Shown here piece by piece: positions 1 through 10,664 of a stretch of DNA of 64,000 nt. Positions within the stretch are counted from its first letter, which is position 1, and every line of letters starts with the position of its first letter. The DNA is taken from the NCBI GenBank assembly GCA_032654565.1, contig JAULAX010000002.1:64001-128000 (forward strand), read 5' to 3'. Made by a program: the position numbers and the translations under genes. Below the pieces are notes generated by a model. It worked only from the letters and a program-made list of their open reading frames with translations, did no database searches and had not been told where the DNA came from. The DNA comes from Anaeromyxobacteraceae bacterium (GTDB lineage: Bacteria; Myxococcota; Myxococcia; Myxococcales; Anaeromyxobacteraceae).

Positions 1-2026
1 AGCGCTCGATGTCGGCCATCTCCAGGTAGGCCTGCGCGGCGCTGCCGGCCCCGCCCTGACCGTACTCGGTGATGGCCAGGTCGAGCTCGGCCAGCGCCGC
101 CGGCACGTTCTTGAGCTGGCGGTGCAGGCGGGCCATGGCCACCCGGGCGTCGGGGAAGGGCTTGCCCAGCTGGATGGAGCGCTCGTACTGGCCGCGGGCC
201 CGGTCGGTGTCCCCCTGGGCCCGGTAGGCGTCGCCGAGCAGGAGGGCGATGCGGGGGTGGTCGCCGGCCCGGGTGGTGGCCTTCTGCAGCACCTCGATGG
301 CCTTCTTGCCGCCCTCGGGGGTGGCCAGCAGGGCGCGGTTGAGGTCCACGTAGAAGGCGACGCGCCGGGGGTCGCCGCTGACCGCCCGCTGGATCGAGAT
401 CACCGCGGCCGCCGCCTCGCCGTCGCGCAGCTGCCGGCGCCCGATCAGCCAGGGCAGGTCGGGGCTCTGCGGATCGAGCTCGATGGCCTTCTTCTCGTCG
501 GCGGTCCCCTCGGTGGCCTTGCCCTGGGCGAAGAGCACCGAGCCACGCACCGCGTAGGCGAGGGCCTGCTGGCGCGGGCTGGCGTCGCCGCCGGTCAGGA
601 CCGCCTGCACCTGCTGCGCCGCCTGATCGTAGAGCCCGCGCTCCAGCAGCAGCATGGCCCGCCCCAGCAGCGAGGGGACATGGTCCTTCTGCAGCCGGAG
701 CGCCAGCTGGTAGGCGTTCTCGGCCTGCTGCTCGTACCCTTCGCCGCGGCGCCGGTACTGCTCGGCCAGCTGCTGGGCCAGCCGCACCTCGTTGGGGTTG
801 AGCTTCTGGGCGCGGACCAGCCACTCCCGGGCCGACTCCAGGTCGCCCGAGGTCATCAGCAGCACCCCCATGGCGCCGGAGAGGAGCCCGGTCTGTCGGG
901 CCGGGTCCTCCAGCTCCGCCTTCAGGCCGGCCAGGCCGCCGGGGAGATCGCCGGTGGCCGCCTTCAGGTAGGCCTCGGCGGCGATCAGGTGGGAGTGGTT
1001 GCCCAGCTTGCGCCCGGCGTCCAGGTTGACGATGGCCTCCCCCTTCACGGCGTCGCCCTCGGCGTGCTCCAGGTAGCGGAGGGCGTCGACGTAGGAGAGG
1101 AAGGCGTGGCCGGCCAGCGAGCCCGGGTCGACCTTGAGGATGGCCTGGGCCTTCTCGGCGGCGGTCCGGTAGGCGCCGAAGGAGTCGCGCCCCACCAGCT
1201 CCTGCGTCTCCTTGAGCAGCCCGGCGATGGTCTCGACCTGCTGCTTGTGGGCCCGGGCGAAGAGCTGCCAGGCCACCAGCGATCCCACCAGCACCACCGC
1301 CAGACCGACGGTGGCGAACAGCGTGGTGCGGCTGGCCCCCTTGCGCGGCTTGACGGCGCCCGGGGCGTTGAGCCCCCAGGTCTGGGTGCCGTACTTCTCG
1401 GCCAGCTGCCGGGCGTAGTCGTCGCCGGCGCGCGGCGTGGGCGGCGGGGTGGGGATGGGCTGCGAGGCGGCCGGGCGGGTCCCGGTCGGCGACGGGCGCG
1501 GAGCCGCCGCCGGCAGGCCGGCGGAGCTGGGCCGGTTGAGGACGGGCGGCGCCCCGGAGGCCGGCGACGCGGCGGGCGGTGGAGGAGGAGGTGGCGGCGG
1601 GGCCAGCGAGACACCGTGCTTCTCCAGCGCTGCCAGCACCTCGAGGTCCGCGGGCGAGGCCTCGGCGGCCCGGCGCAGCGCCGCCTCACCCTCGGCGCGG
1701 GCCCCACCGCGGAGGTGGAGCGTGGCCGCCAGCAGGTTCCCGGCCGCGTAGTTCGGGTAGGTGGCGAGGACCACCGCCAGCTCCTCGAGGGCCTTCTTGT
1801 CCTTCCCCTGGTCGGCGTAGACCCGGGCCAGCAGCACCTTGGCGGCGGGATCGTCGGGGTGGGTCTTCACCCCCTTCTTGCAGACCACCATCGCCTCCAT
1901 GAAGCGGCCGGCGGCCAGGTAGGCCTCGGCCAGGGCGCGGTAGGCCTCCGACGACGGGTCGGCGGCGAAGGCGTGCTCGAGGCTGGCGAGCTCCGCGGCC
2001 GTGAGCTGTCTCTTGGGGGCGGGCAT
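1..2026 (-). CDS. Membrane-anchored tetratricopeptide-repeat protein (N-terminal TPRs, Pro-rich linker, one TM helix, many C-terminal TPRs); runs off the window edge
   Basis: Hand translation from ATG at 2026: MPAPKRQLTAAELASLEHAFAADPSSEAYRALAEAYL...; TM segment TLFATVGLAVVLVGSLVAWQLF; TPR-like motifs such as LLLGDAYRAQGDTDRARGQYERSIQL. Absent from the ORF track because there is no stop in the window. Confidence 0.85.
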   Translation of the reverse strand, partial: MPAPKRQLTAAELASLEHAFAADPSSEAYRALAEAYLAAGRFMEAMVVCKKGVKTHPDDPAAKVLLARVYADQGKDKKALEELAVVLATYPNYAAGNLLAATLHLRGGARAEGEAALRRAAEASPADLEVLAALEKHGVSLAPPPPPPPPPAASPASGAPPVLNRPSSAGLPAAAPRPSPTGTRPAASQPIPTPPPTPRAGDDYARQLAEKYGTQTWGLNAPGAVKPRKGASRTTLFATVGLAVVLVGSLVAWQLFARAHKQQVETIAGLLKETQELVGRDSFGAYRTAAEKAQAILKVDPGSLAGHAFLSYVDALRYLEHAEGDAVKGEAIVNLDAGRKLGNHSHLIAAEAYLKAATGDLPGGLAGLKAELEDPARQTGLLSGAMGVLLMTSGDLESAREWLVRAQKLNPNEVRLAQQLAEQYRRRGEGYEQQAENAYQLALRLQKDHVPSLLGRAMLLLERGLYDQAAQQVQAVLTGGDASPRQQALAYAVRGSVLFAQGKATEGTADEKKAIELDPQSPDLPWLIGRRQLRDGEAAAAVISIQRAVSGDPRRVAFYVDLNRALLATPEGGKKAIEVLQKATTRAGDHPRIALLLGDAYRAQGDTDRARGQYERSIQLGKPFPDARVAMARLHRQLKNVPAALAELDLAITEYGQGGAGSAAQAYLEMADIER

Positions 2027-2037
2027 GGGGCGCCCGA

Positions 2038-2102
2038 GGATTAGCTTAGGGTATGGTGCGAGTCAATCGACCCTTGACACCGTCGGGGCCGACCCGCTAA
2101 GT
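2038..2102. promoter_or_regulatory. Back-to-back sigma70-type promoters for the tRNA (+) and the TPR gene (-)
   Basis: + strand TTGACA (2074-2079)-N17-CTAAGT; - strand TTGACT (2066-2061)-N17-TAATCC, ending about 11 nt before the TPR ATG. Confidence 0.5.
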
Positions 2103-2136
2103 CACGCATCCCCCGGGACCTCGGGGGGACTTTCCG

Positions 2137-2213
<77 letters not shown>

Positions 2214-2218
2214 CCTTC

Positions 2219-2260
2219 GAGAGGGCCCGGTTGCGCCGCGCGACCGGGCCTTCTCCTTTC
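2219..2260. terminator. Hairpin terminator between the convergent tRNA and mscS
   Basis: Stem GAGAGGGCCCGGTTGCG / CGCGACCGGGCCTTCTC followed by pyrimidines. Confidence 0.6.
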
Positions 2261-3380
2261 ACGGGGCCGGCGGCGTCGACTCCAGGTGAATGGTCTGGGT
2301 CGGGAAGGCCAGGCCGGTGCCGGCCTCCTCCACGATCTCCATGAAGCGCAGGTAGAGTTCGCCGCGGATCCGGCCGAACGCGTGCCAGTCGGCTGCCTCC
2401 ACCCAGGCCTGGACCTCGACCGACAGGCAGGAGTCCTTGAACTCGGCGAAGCGGACCAGCGGCGCCTCGGGCCCGGCGGCGGGGTGGCCGCGCAGCGCCG
2501 CCTCCAGCCCGGCGAGGACCTGGCGCATCTGCGCGGCGGTGGTGTCCTGGCGGAGGCCGAGCTGGACGGCGATGCGCCAGCGGTCGCGGGCGCTGTAGGA
2601 CTCGATGCGCATGTCGGCCAGCCTGCCGTTGGGGATGGTGACCACGGTCCGGTCGAGGGTCCGGATGCGCGACGAGCGCAGCCCCACCACCTCCACCACC
2701 CCGGTCACCCCGTCGACCTGGATGGAGTCGCCCACCCGGAACGGCCGGTCCATGCCGATGGTGATCGAGCCGATGAGGTTCTCCACGGTCTTCTGGGCCG
2801 CCAGCGCCACGGCGATGCCGCCGATGCCGAGGCCGGCCAGCAGGCTGGTGACCTGGAAGCCCAGCTCGGTGAGCACGGCGATCAGGCCGAGCGCCAGCAC
2901 CACCACCTTGGCCGCCTTGCGGAAGAAGGCCAGCCGCCCGCCCAGGCCGGGGGAGGACGGGTCGGACGGGGGGCGCAGCGCCACGTCGATGGCCCGGAAG
3001 GCGCCCCAGAAGAGCGCCAGCGAGAAGCCGGCCTTGAGCACCCGGCCGTAGAGCTCGTCGGCGCCCCCCTCGAGCGCCACCAGCTGCCGCAGCAGGTCGG
3101 AGACCAGCAGGGCCCAGAGCAGCGTCACCGGCCCGGACAGCCGGGCCACCAGCGCGTCGTCCCAGGTCGCCGCGGTGCGCGCCGCCAGGTGACCGGCCAC
3201 CCGGCGGGTCACCCAGCCGAGCAGCCATCCGGCCGCCAGCGACAGCGCCACCATCACCGGCAGCGCCAGCCACTGCCAGTGCGCCAGCCCGCCCGGGCCG
3301 TGGCGCAGGAGGGCGGCGGGCAGGTGCTCCTCGAGGAGCGGCGCGGCGGCGGGCAGGAGGTTATGAAGGAGGGAGCCCAT
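2259..3380 (-). CDS. Small-conductance mechanosensitive channel (MscS family)
   Basis: SLLAGLGIGGIAVALAAQKTVENLIGS, DRPFRVGD, GVVEVVGLRSSRIRTLD, IPNG motifs; start MGSLLHN chosen. Confidence 0.92.
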   Translation of the reverse strand: MGSLLHNLLPAAAPLLEEHLPAALLRHGPGGLAHWQWLALPVMVALSLAAGWLLGWVTRRVAGHLAARTAATWDDALVARLSGPVTLLWALLVSDLLRQLVALEGGADELYGRVLKAGFSLALFWGAFRAIDVALRPPSDPSSPGLGGRLAFFRKAAKVVVLALGLIAVLTELGFQVTSLLAGLGIGGIAVALAAQKTVENLIGSITIGMDRPFRVGDSIQVDGVTGVVEVVGLRSSRIRTLDRTVVTIPNGRLADMRIESYSARDRWRIAVQLGLRQDTTAAQMRQVLAGLEAALRGHPAAGPEAPLVRFAEFKDSCLSVEVQAWVEAADWHAFGRIRGELYLRFMEIVEEAGTGLAFPTQTIHLESTPPAP

Positions 3381-3459
3381 GCGTGCGACAGGATATCCCA
3401 CCCACGGCCGACTCCGCGGCGCCGCCCTGGGGTACGCTGCTGTCCGGGGAGACGAGCAC

Positions 3460-3750
3460 ATGCCACGCCAGCCGCTGGACCAGTTCGGGGAGGGCACGGA
3501 GGTGGTGCGCGTCTACTTCGCGCTCGGGCTCGAGGAGGCGGAGCGGACCGAGGCGCTGCTCGACGCCGCCGGCCTCGCCTTCGCCGTCGAGGTGGAGGAG
3601 GTGGGCGGGGCCACCATGTGGGGCTTCGGGCGGCCGCGCCGGGGAGCCGGCGTCTGGATCCGCGAGGCCGACCTGGACACCGCCTGCGCCGCGCTGGAGA
3701 AGGCCGGGATGGTGAAGGGGCTCGTCGATCGGGGAGAGCCCTCCGCCTGA
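3460..3750 (+). CDS. Small hypothetical protein (DUF2007-like fold possible)
   Basis: 96-aa ORF MPRQPLDQFGEG...; RBS-like GGGGAG; stop is 2 nt before the ATPase start. Confidence 0.65.
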   Translation: MPRQPLDQFGEGTEVVRVYFALGLEEAERTEALLDAAGLAFAVEVEEVGGATMWGFGRPRRGAGVWIREADLDTACAALEKAGMVKGLVDRGEPSA

Positions 3751-3752
3751 CC

Positions 3753-6575
3753 ATGACCTCCTCGACTCCTCCACCGCCGGCGCCACCGCCGGCGCCACCG
3801 TCGGCGCCGGCGCCGGGCGGCCCGCCGGCGACCCCGGCCTGGCACGCCCTCACCGTCGAGGCCGCCATCCTGCGGTCCGGGAGCGGCTTCGACGGGCTCG
3901 ACGAGGCCGAGGCGGCCCGGCGGCTGGCGGCGGACGGCCCCAACCTGCTGCCCCGCGCCGCCGGGGAGAGCCTCTGGCGCATCCTCTGGCGGCAGGTGGA
4001 CAGCCCGCTGATCATGGTGCTGGTGGCCTCGGCGGTGGTGGCGGCGCTGCTCGGAGAGCGGACCGACGCCGCGGTGGTCGGCGCGGTGGTGGTCATCAAC
4101 ACGCTGATCGGCTTCTTCCAGGAGTTCCGCGCCGGCCGGGCCATCGAGGCCCTCTCCAGCCTGGTGCCGGAGAGCGCCACGGTGCTGCGCGCCGGCGCCC
4201 GCCGCACCGTGCCGGTGCAGGAGCTGGTGCGCGGCGACGTGGTGGCGCTGGCCTCGGGCGACAAGGTGCCGGCCGACCTGCGCCTGCTCACGGTGAAGGG
4301 GCTGCGCGTCGAGGAGGCGGCCCTGACCGGGGAGTCGGTGCCCGCCGAGAAGGGGGTGGCGGCGGTCGAGGAGGAGGCCTCGCTCGGGGATCGCGGCGAC
4401 CTGGCCTTCGCCGGGACGCTGGTCACCTCTGGCACCGGCCTGGGGCTGGTGGTGGCCACCGCCGGCGACTCGGAGCTGGGGCGGATCTCCGGGCTGCTGC
4501 AGGGCGCCGGCTCGCTGGAGACGCCGCTGACCCGGGCGCTCGCCAAGGTCGGCAAGAGCATCACCGTCGGGATCCTGGTGATCACCTGCCTGCTGATGGC
4601 GGTCGGCACCTGGCGCTCGGTGGGCCAGGGCGTGCCGCTCCTCGACGCCCTGCGCGAGATGCTGGTCTTCGCCATCTCGCTGGCGGTGGGGGCCATCCCC
4701 GAGGGGCTGCCGGCCATCGTCACCATCGCGCTGGCCGTGGGCGTGCAGCGGATGGCGAAGCGGCGGGCCATCATCCGCAAGCTGCCGGCGGTGGAGACGC
4801 TCGGCGCCACCTCGGTGATCTGCTCGGACAAGACCGGGACGCTGACCCGCAACGAGATGACGGTGACGTCGCTCTGGACCGACGGCGAGGCGCTGGAGGT
4901 GACGGGGATCGGCTGGGGCGGCGACGGGGGCTTCCGGGGCCAGGGCGCCGCGGTGGAGCCGACCGGACCGGCCCGGCGGCTGCTCACGGCGGCGGCGCTC
5001 TGCAGCGACGCCACCGTCGAGGCGGCCGGGAGCGGGTGGACGGTGACCGGCGACCCGACCGAGGCGGCCCTGGTGGTGGCGGCGCGCAAGGCCGGGCTGG
5101 AGGCGGCGGCGCTCCGGGTGGCCCAGCCGCGCCTCGACGCCATCCCCTTCGAGTCGGAGCACCAGTTCATGGTCACGCTGCACCGGGAGACCGGCGGCCA
5201 GCCGCGGGCCATCATGAAGGGGGCGCCCGAGGTGGTGCTGGCGCGCTGCGAGGCGGCGACGCGGGCGCCGGCGCTGGCCCAGGTGGAGGCGCTGGCGGGG
5301 CGTGGCCAGCGGGTGCTGGCGGTGGCGGAGCGGACCTGGAAGGAGGGCGAGCCGCTGGAGCTGGCCGGCGTCGGCGGCGGCTTCACCCTGCTGGGGCTGG
5401 TGGGCATGATCGACCCGCCGCGCCCCGAGGCCATCGCCGCGGTGGCCGCCTGCCACCTGGCCGGCATCGAGGTGAAGATGATCACCGGCGACCACGTCGG
5501 CACGGCCCGCGCCATCGGCCGCGAGCTGGGGCTGCTGCGGCCCGAGGGGCTCGCCACCACCGGCGCCGAGCTGGCCCGGCTCGACGACGCGGCGCTGCGC
5601 CCGGTGGCGGTGGCCACCAGCGTCTTCGCCCGGGTCTCGCCGGAGCAGAAGCTCCGCCTGGTCCGCGCCCTGCAGGCCGACGGGCGGGTGGTGGCCATGA
5701 CCGGCGACGGGGTCAACGACGCGCCGGCGCTCAAGCAGGCCGACATCGGCGTGGCCATGGGGATCACCGGCACCTCGGTCTCGCGCGAGGCCGCCGACAT
5801 GGTGCTCACCGACGACGACTTCGCCACCATCGTGGCGGCGGTGGAGGAGGGGCGGCGGGTCTACGACAACCTGGTCAAGTCGCTGGCCTTCGTGCTGCCC
5901 ACCAACCTGGGGCTGGCGCTGATCTTCGTCTGCGCCGTCTTCGCCTTCCCCTTCGACGCCGCCACCCAGGCCCTGCTGCTCCCGGTGCGGCCGACCCAGC
6001 TCCTCTGGATCAACCTGGTGGCGGCGGTGTCGCTGGCCCTGCCGCTGGCCTTCGAGACCATGGAGCGCGACATCATGCGCCGGCCGCCGCGCCCGGCCGA
6101 CGCTCCCCTGCTCTCGCGGCTGGTGCTGCGGCGCACCGCCATGGTCTCGCTGCTGATGACCGCCGGCGCGGTGGGGCTCTTCCTCTTCGAGTGGCGCAGC
6201 GGCCTGTCGCTCGGCGAGCCGGCGGCCTTCGCCCTGGCCGAGGCCCAGACCATGGCGGTCACCTCGGTGATCTTCTTCCAGGTCTTCTACCTGCTGGAGA
6301 GCCGGTCGCTGACCGACTCGGTCTTCGGCGCCAGCCTGGTCTCCAACCCGGCCCTCCTCCCCGGCATCGGGGTGGTGCTGGGGCTGCAGGCCGCCTTCAT
6401 CTGGTGGCCCCCGCTGCAGGGGATCTTCGGCACCGCCGCGCTCGACGGCGGCGACGTGGGGATCGCGGCGCTGGTGGCGGCCATCATCTTCCCCGCCATG
6501 GGGGTGGAGAAGGCGCTGACGCGGCGGAACAAGCGGCGCCGGGCGGCAGCCGCGGCAGCGGCAGCGTCGGACTGA
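3753..6575 (+). CDS. Cation-transporting P-type ATPase (P2A/PacL-like)
   Basis: TGES, IPEGL, DKTGTLT phosphorylation site, KGAPE, MTGDGVNDAPALK, QLLWINLV. Confidence 0.95.
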   Translation: MTSSTPPPPAPPPAPPSAPAPGGPPATPAWHALTVEAAILRSGSGFDGLDEAEAARRLAADGPNLLPRAAGESLWRILWRQVDSPLIMVLVASAVVAALLGERTDAAVVGAVVVINTLIGFFQEFRAGRAIEALSSLVPESATVLRAGARRTVPVQELVRGDVVALASGDKVPADLRLLTVKGLRVEEAALTGESVPAEKGVAAVEEEASLGDRGDLAFAGTLVTSGTGLGLVVATAGDSELGRISGLLQGAGSLETPLTRALAKVGKSITVGILVITCLLMAVGTWRSVGQGVPLLDALREMLVFAISLAVGAIPEGLPAIVTIALAVGVQRMAKRRAIIRKLPAVETLGATSVICSDKTGTLTRNEMTVTSLWTDGEALEVTGIGWGGDGGFRGQGAAVEPTGPARRLLTAAALCSDATVEAAGSGWTVTGDPTEAALVVAARKAGLEAAALRVAQPRLDAIPFESEHQFMVTLHRETGGQPRAIMKGAPEVVLARCEAATRAPALAQVEALAGRGQRVLAVAERTWKEGEPLELAGVGGGFTLLGLVGMIDPPRPEAIAAVAACHLAGIEVKMITGDHVGTARAIGRELGLLRPEGLATTGAELARLDDAALRPVAVATSVFARVSPEQKLRLVRALQADGRVVAMTGDGVNDAPALKQADIGVAMGITGTSVSREAADMVLTDDDFATIVAAVEEGRRVYDNLVKSLAFVLPTNLGLALIFVCAVFAFPFDAATQALLLPVRPTQLLWINLVAAVSLALPLAFETMERDIMRRPPRPADAPLLSRLVLRRTAMVSLLMTAGAVGLFLFEWRSGLSLGEPAAFALAEAQTMAVTSVIFFQVFYLLESRSLTDSVFGASLVSNPALLPGIGVVLGLQAAFIWWPPLQGIFGTAALDGGDVGIAALVAAIIFPAMGVEKALTRRNKRRRAAAAAAAASD

Positions 6576-6602
6576 GCGGCAGGGCCGGCGGCCGCGGCGC
6601 TG

Positions 6603-8243
6603 TTACTGGGTCCAGCCGTAGACCAGCACGCCCGACGCCGGCACCGCGAGGACGACGTTGCCGTCCCCGGCCACCACCATGTCGGCGGTGCCGGGCGGGA
6701 AGCGGCCGGTCAGCGTGGCCCCGGCCGGCAGCGTGGGGACCGTGGCGGTGCTGCCGACGGCACCGTTGTTGGCCACCACCAGGAAGCGGGAGGTGCCGAG
6801 CCGGCGCTGGAAGGAGACGGTGGCGGCGTCGTGGACCCGCCCGGCCTCGGCGACGCCGACCGCCAGGGCCGGCTCGGCGCGCCGCAGGGCGATGAGCGCC
6901 CGGTACCACTCCAGCAGCGAGTCCGCCTGCCCCTCCTCGGCGGCCACGTTGTGGGTGGTGACGTTGGCGGAGAGGGCCCGCCACGGCGTCACCGTCGAGA
7001 AGCCGCCCCGCAGCGGATCGCCGTTCCAGCTCATGGGGGTGCGCAGCTTCCAGTCGCCGGACAGGCTGGCGGCCCCGGCCATGCCGATCTCCTCGCCGTA
7101 GTAGAGGAAGGGGGTGCCGGGCTGCAGCAGGAGCAGGGCCGCGGCCAACCGGGCGCGCGCCTCGTCCCCGCCGAGCTGGTCGATGACCCGACCGCCGGTG
7201 AAGGAGTCGTGGTTGGCCAGGAAGGTGGCCCGCTGGCGCGCCAGCTCGGGCAACATCCCCTGGTTGAGCGTGGCGACGTGGGCCAGCGCCGCGGCGACGC
7301 CGCCGGCCGCCGCCATGAACTGGCTCCCCTGGCCGAAGTCGAAGGCGGCGCCGCAGGCCTGGAAGGCGGCCTCGCTGCCCGGGTCCTCGCAGACCATGAA
7401 GCGGCCGGCGTAGCCGCCCAGCAGCGCCCGCACCCCACCCATGATGACGTAGTTCTGGGGCTGGTCGCTCCAGGCGCCCGCACCGTTCTCCACCAGCATC
7501 CCCACCGCGTCGAAGCGGAACCCGTCGACGCCGCGGTTGAGCCAGAGCCGCAGGTTGTCGTGGTGGTAGGCCAGCACCGCCGGGTTGAGCAGGTTGAAGT
7601 CCGGCATCTGGCACCAGAACGGTGCGTAGTAGGAGGCGCCGGCGTAGTCGCACCAGGGATCCTTGGGCGGGAACCAGATCCCCCAGCCCGAGGGGTGGAC
7701 GTCGGACCAGACGTACCAGTCGCGCCACCCGCCCGGCGCCTTGAGCGCCGAGGCCTGGAAGAGCGGGTTGGCGGCGGCGCTGTGGTTCATCACGTAGTCG
7801 ATGATGACGCCGATGCCCAGGGCGTGCGCCTGCCGCAGCAGCTCGTCCAGATCGGCCACCGTGCCGTAGTCCGGCTCCAGCCCGCGGTAGTCGGTGACCG
7901 CGTAGCCGTGGTCGCGATCCTGGCTGGCGTTGATGGGCATGAGCCAGAGGCCGGTCACGCCGAGGCCGTGCAGGTAGGGGAGGGATTGGGTCAGGCCGCG
8001 CAGGTCCCCGACGCCGTCGCCGTCGGAGTCCCGGTAACCGCGGACGTAGATCTCCATGAACGGGCCCTGGAGCCAGGTGGCCGGCAGCGCGCTGCCCGGA
8101 TCCGCGGCGGCCACCGGGGTGACGTCCACCCCCGCCGGGACGGGCGGGGGTGGCGGCGGCGGCGGCGGCGGAGCCGAGGCGCTGGTGCAGGCGGCCAGCA
8201 GGAGGGCCAGCGCCACGGGGCGTGCGACGGCGAACCTGGTCAT
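6603..8243 (-). CDS. GH13 alpha-amylase family glycosyl hydrolase, lipoprotein
   Basis: Lipobox LAAC; DSDGDGVGDL, HGYAVTDY, GFRFDAV, VCE, FLANHD, YYGEEIGM. Confidence 0.9.
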   Translation of the reverse strand: MTRFAVARPVALALLLAACTSASAPPPPPPPPPPVPAGVDVTPVAAADPGSALPATWLQGPFMEIYVRGYRDSDGDGVGDLRGLTQSLPYLHGLGVTGLWLMPINASQDRDHGYAVTDYRGLEPDYGTVADLDELLRQAHALGIGVIIDYVMNHSAAANPLFQASALKAPGGWRDWYVWSDVHPSGWGIWFPPKDPWCDYAGASYYAPFWCQMPDFNLLNPAVLAYHHDNLRLWLNRGVDGFRFDAVGMLVENGAGAWSDQPQNYVIMGGVRALLGGYAGRFMVCEDPGSEAAFQACGAAFDFGQGSQFMAAAGGVAAALAHVATLNQGMLPELARQRATFLANHDSFTGGRVIDQLGGDEARARLAAALLLLQPGTPFLYYGEEIGMAGAASLSGDWKLRTPMSWNGDPLRGGFSTVTPWRALSANVTTHNVAAEEGQADSLLEWYRALIALRRAEPALAVGVAEAGRVHDAATVSFQRRLGTSRFLVVANNGAVGSTATVPTLPAGATLTGRFPPGTADMVVAGDGNVVLAVPASGVLVYGWTQ

Positions 8244-8297
8244 GCGGTCATCCTCCTGGAGGGGTCGCCTGGCCGAGGCCGAGGTGGCCCGCCGCGA

Positions 8298-9272
8298 TCA
8301 GGTCCGGGGGACGGGCGGCGGGCGGGGCGCCGCCGTGGTCACCCGGGGGGTCTCCCCCGGCGTCGAGCCCTTGAGCACGTTGGTGGCGAGCGCGATCATC
8401 GACCCGACGTCGGAGAGGGTGGCGGGGAGGACGATGGTGTTCCCCACCCTGGCGATGTGGCCGAACTGCTCGATGTATTTCTCGGCCACCCGCAGCTGCA
8501 CCGCCTCGACGCCGCCCGGGGCCTGGGTGGCGTCGGCCACCTTGCGCAGCCCCTCGGCGGTGGCGGTGGCGATGGCCTGGATGGCCGAGGCCTGGCCCTC
8601 GGCCTCGTTCATCTGCTTCTGCCGGATGGCCTCGGAGGCCTTGATCACCTGCTGCTTCTGCCCCTCGGCGCTGTTGATGGCGGCGTCGCGCTCGCCTTCG
8701 GAGGTGAGGATGACGGCCCGCTTCTCCCGCTCGGCCCGCATCTGCTTCTCCATGGCGGCCAGCACGTCCTGCGGCGGGGTGATGTTCTTGATCTCGTAGC
8801 GCAGCACCTTGACGCCCCAGGGCGCCGAGGCCTTGTCCAGCTCCTGGACCAGCTGCGAGTTGATGTAGCCGCGCTCCTCGAAGGTCCGGTCCAGCGTGAT
8901 CTTGCCGATCTCGCTGCGCAGCAGGGTCTGCGCCAGCTGGGTGATGGCGTAGTAGTAGTCGGAGATCCCGTAGCTGGCCCGCTGCGGGTCGAGCACCTTC
9001 AGGTAGAGCAGGCCGTCCACGGCCACCTGGACGTTGTCGTTGGTGATGCAGATCTGCTCGGGGATGTCGAGCGCCTGCTCCTTCAAGGTGTGGCGGTAGC
9101 GGATGGCGTCGAAGAAGGGGAGCAGGACGTGGAAGCCGGGCTCGAGCACGGCGTGGAACTTGCCCAGCCGCTCCACCACGAAGGCGTTCTGCTGCGGGAC
9201 CACCACCGCGGTCTTGACGACCACGATGATGGCGAAGATGGCGACGGCGATGGCGACGTAGATCCCAGGCAT
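8298..9272 (-). CDS. SPFH/band-7 (QmcA/paraslipin-like) membrane protein
   Basis: VVERLGKFH, ITNDNVQV, WGVKVLRYEIKNI, QMRAEREKRA. Confidence 0.93.
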   Translation of the reverse strand: MPGIYVAIAVAIFAIIVVVKTAVVVPQQNAFVVERLGKFHAVLEPGFHVLLPFFDAIRYRHTLKEQALDIPEQICITNDNVQVAVDGLLYLKVLDPQRASYGISDYYYAITQLAQTLLRSEIGKITLDRTFEERGYINSQLVQELDKASAPWGVKVLRYEIKNITPPQDVLAAMEKQMRAEREKRAVILTSEGERDAAINSAEGQKQQVIKASEAIRQKQMNEAEGQASAIQAIATATAEGLRKVADATQAPGGVEAVQLRVAEKYIEQFGHIARVGNTIVLPATLSDVGSMIALATNVLKGSTPGETPRVTTAAPRPPPVPRT

Positions 9273-9303
9273 TCGGTGTTCTCCCCAGTTCAGGTGCGCG
9301 CCG

Positions 9304-9723
9304 TCACTCGGCGCGAAGCCACAAGGTCAATCCTTCGACACGCTCCACGCTGCAGCGCCGGCCCACCGCCAGCGCCACCCCGCCCGCGGTCCGGGCCGTC
9401 CACGGCGTGCCGCGCAGCTCGACCCGCCCCTCGCCCGCCGCCGGGACCTCCACCAGCACCACCGCCTGCTCGCCCACCAGGTCGGCCGGCCGCTCGACCG
9501 CCTGCCCCATGGCCCGGGTCAGCCGCCCCCGGAGCAGCAGCAGCGAGGCCACCGAGAAGCCGGTGAAGGCCAGCCACTGCCCGGCCTCGGGCACGCCCAG
9601 CGCCGCCAGCGGCGCCACCACCACGGCGCCGGCGCCGAAGAAGAGGGCGAAGAGCCCCCCGGGCGTCGCCACCTCCACCACCAGCAGGGCGATCCCCAAC
9701 AACAGCCAGGCCCACCAGGTCAT
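9304..9723 (-). CDS. NfeD family membrane protein
   Basis: WWAWLLLGIALLVVE N-terminus, GRVELRGTPWTA OB-fold; classic partner of SPFH genes. Confidence 0.88.
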   Translation of the reverse strand: MTWWAWLLLGIALLVVEVATPGGLFALFFGAGAVVVAPLAALGVPEAGQWLAFTGFSVASLLLLRGRLTRAMGQAVERPADLVGEQAVVLVEVPAAGEGRVELRGTPWTARTAGGVALAVGRRCSVERVEGLTLWLRAE

Positions 9724-9758
9724 GCGCCGCTCCCCTCTCGTCGAGGCAGGGATGGTAG

Positions 9759-10301
<543 letters not shown>

Positions 10302-10664
10302 CTCATCGCAGGGCCCCGGGCGTCAGCGCACCGCGCCCGGGGCGGTCTCACCCCGGCTTCACGCCGGCCTGGCCTCACCAGCGCCCGGGCCCGGCAGCAC
10401 CCGCAGCACCAGCGCGGTGACCCCACCACACCACCGACCTCTGACGGCCGCCGGCCTCACTGCGCCGCCCGCCGGCCGTCCTCTCCCGGTCGCCTGCCCA
10501 CGACCGCCGGCCTTCAGCCTCCCCGCACCGGCCGCCGGCCCAGCTCCCCTCCCCCGCTGCCAGCGCCCCCTGCAGGAACGACTCGGCGGGGCCACCCCGG
10601 GTCTGGACCCGGAGCGCCCCGCCGCTGGTGACTGCCCTGGCGGCGGCTGCCGCCATCGGTGTGA

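Noticed and set aside
122..2044. 640-aa plus-strand ORF
   Set aside because: Antisense shadow of the minus-strand TPR gene
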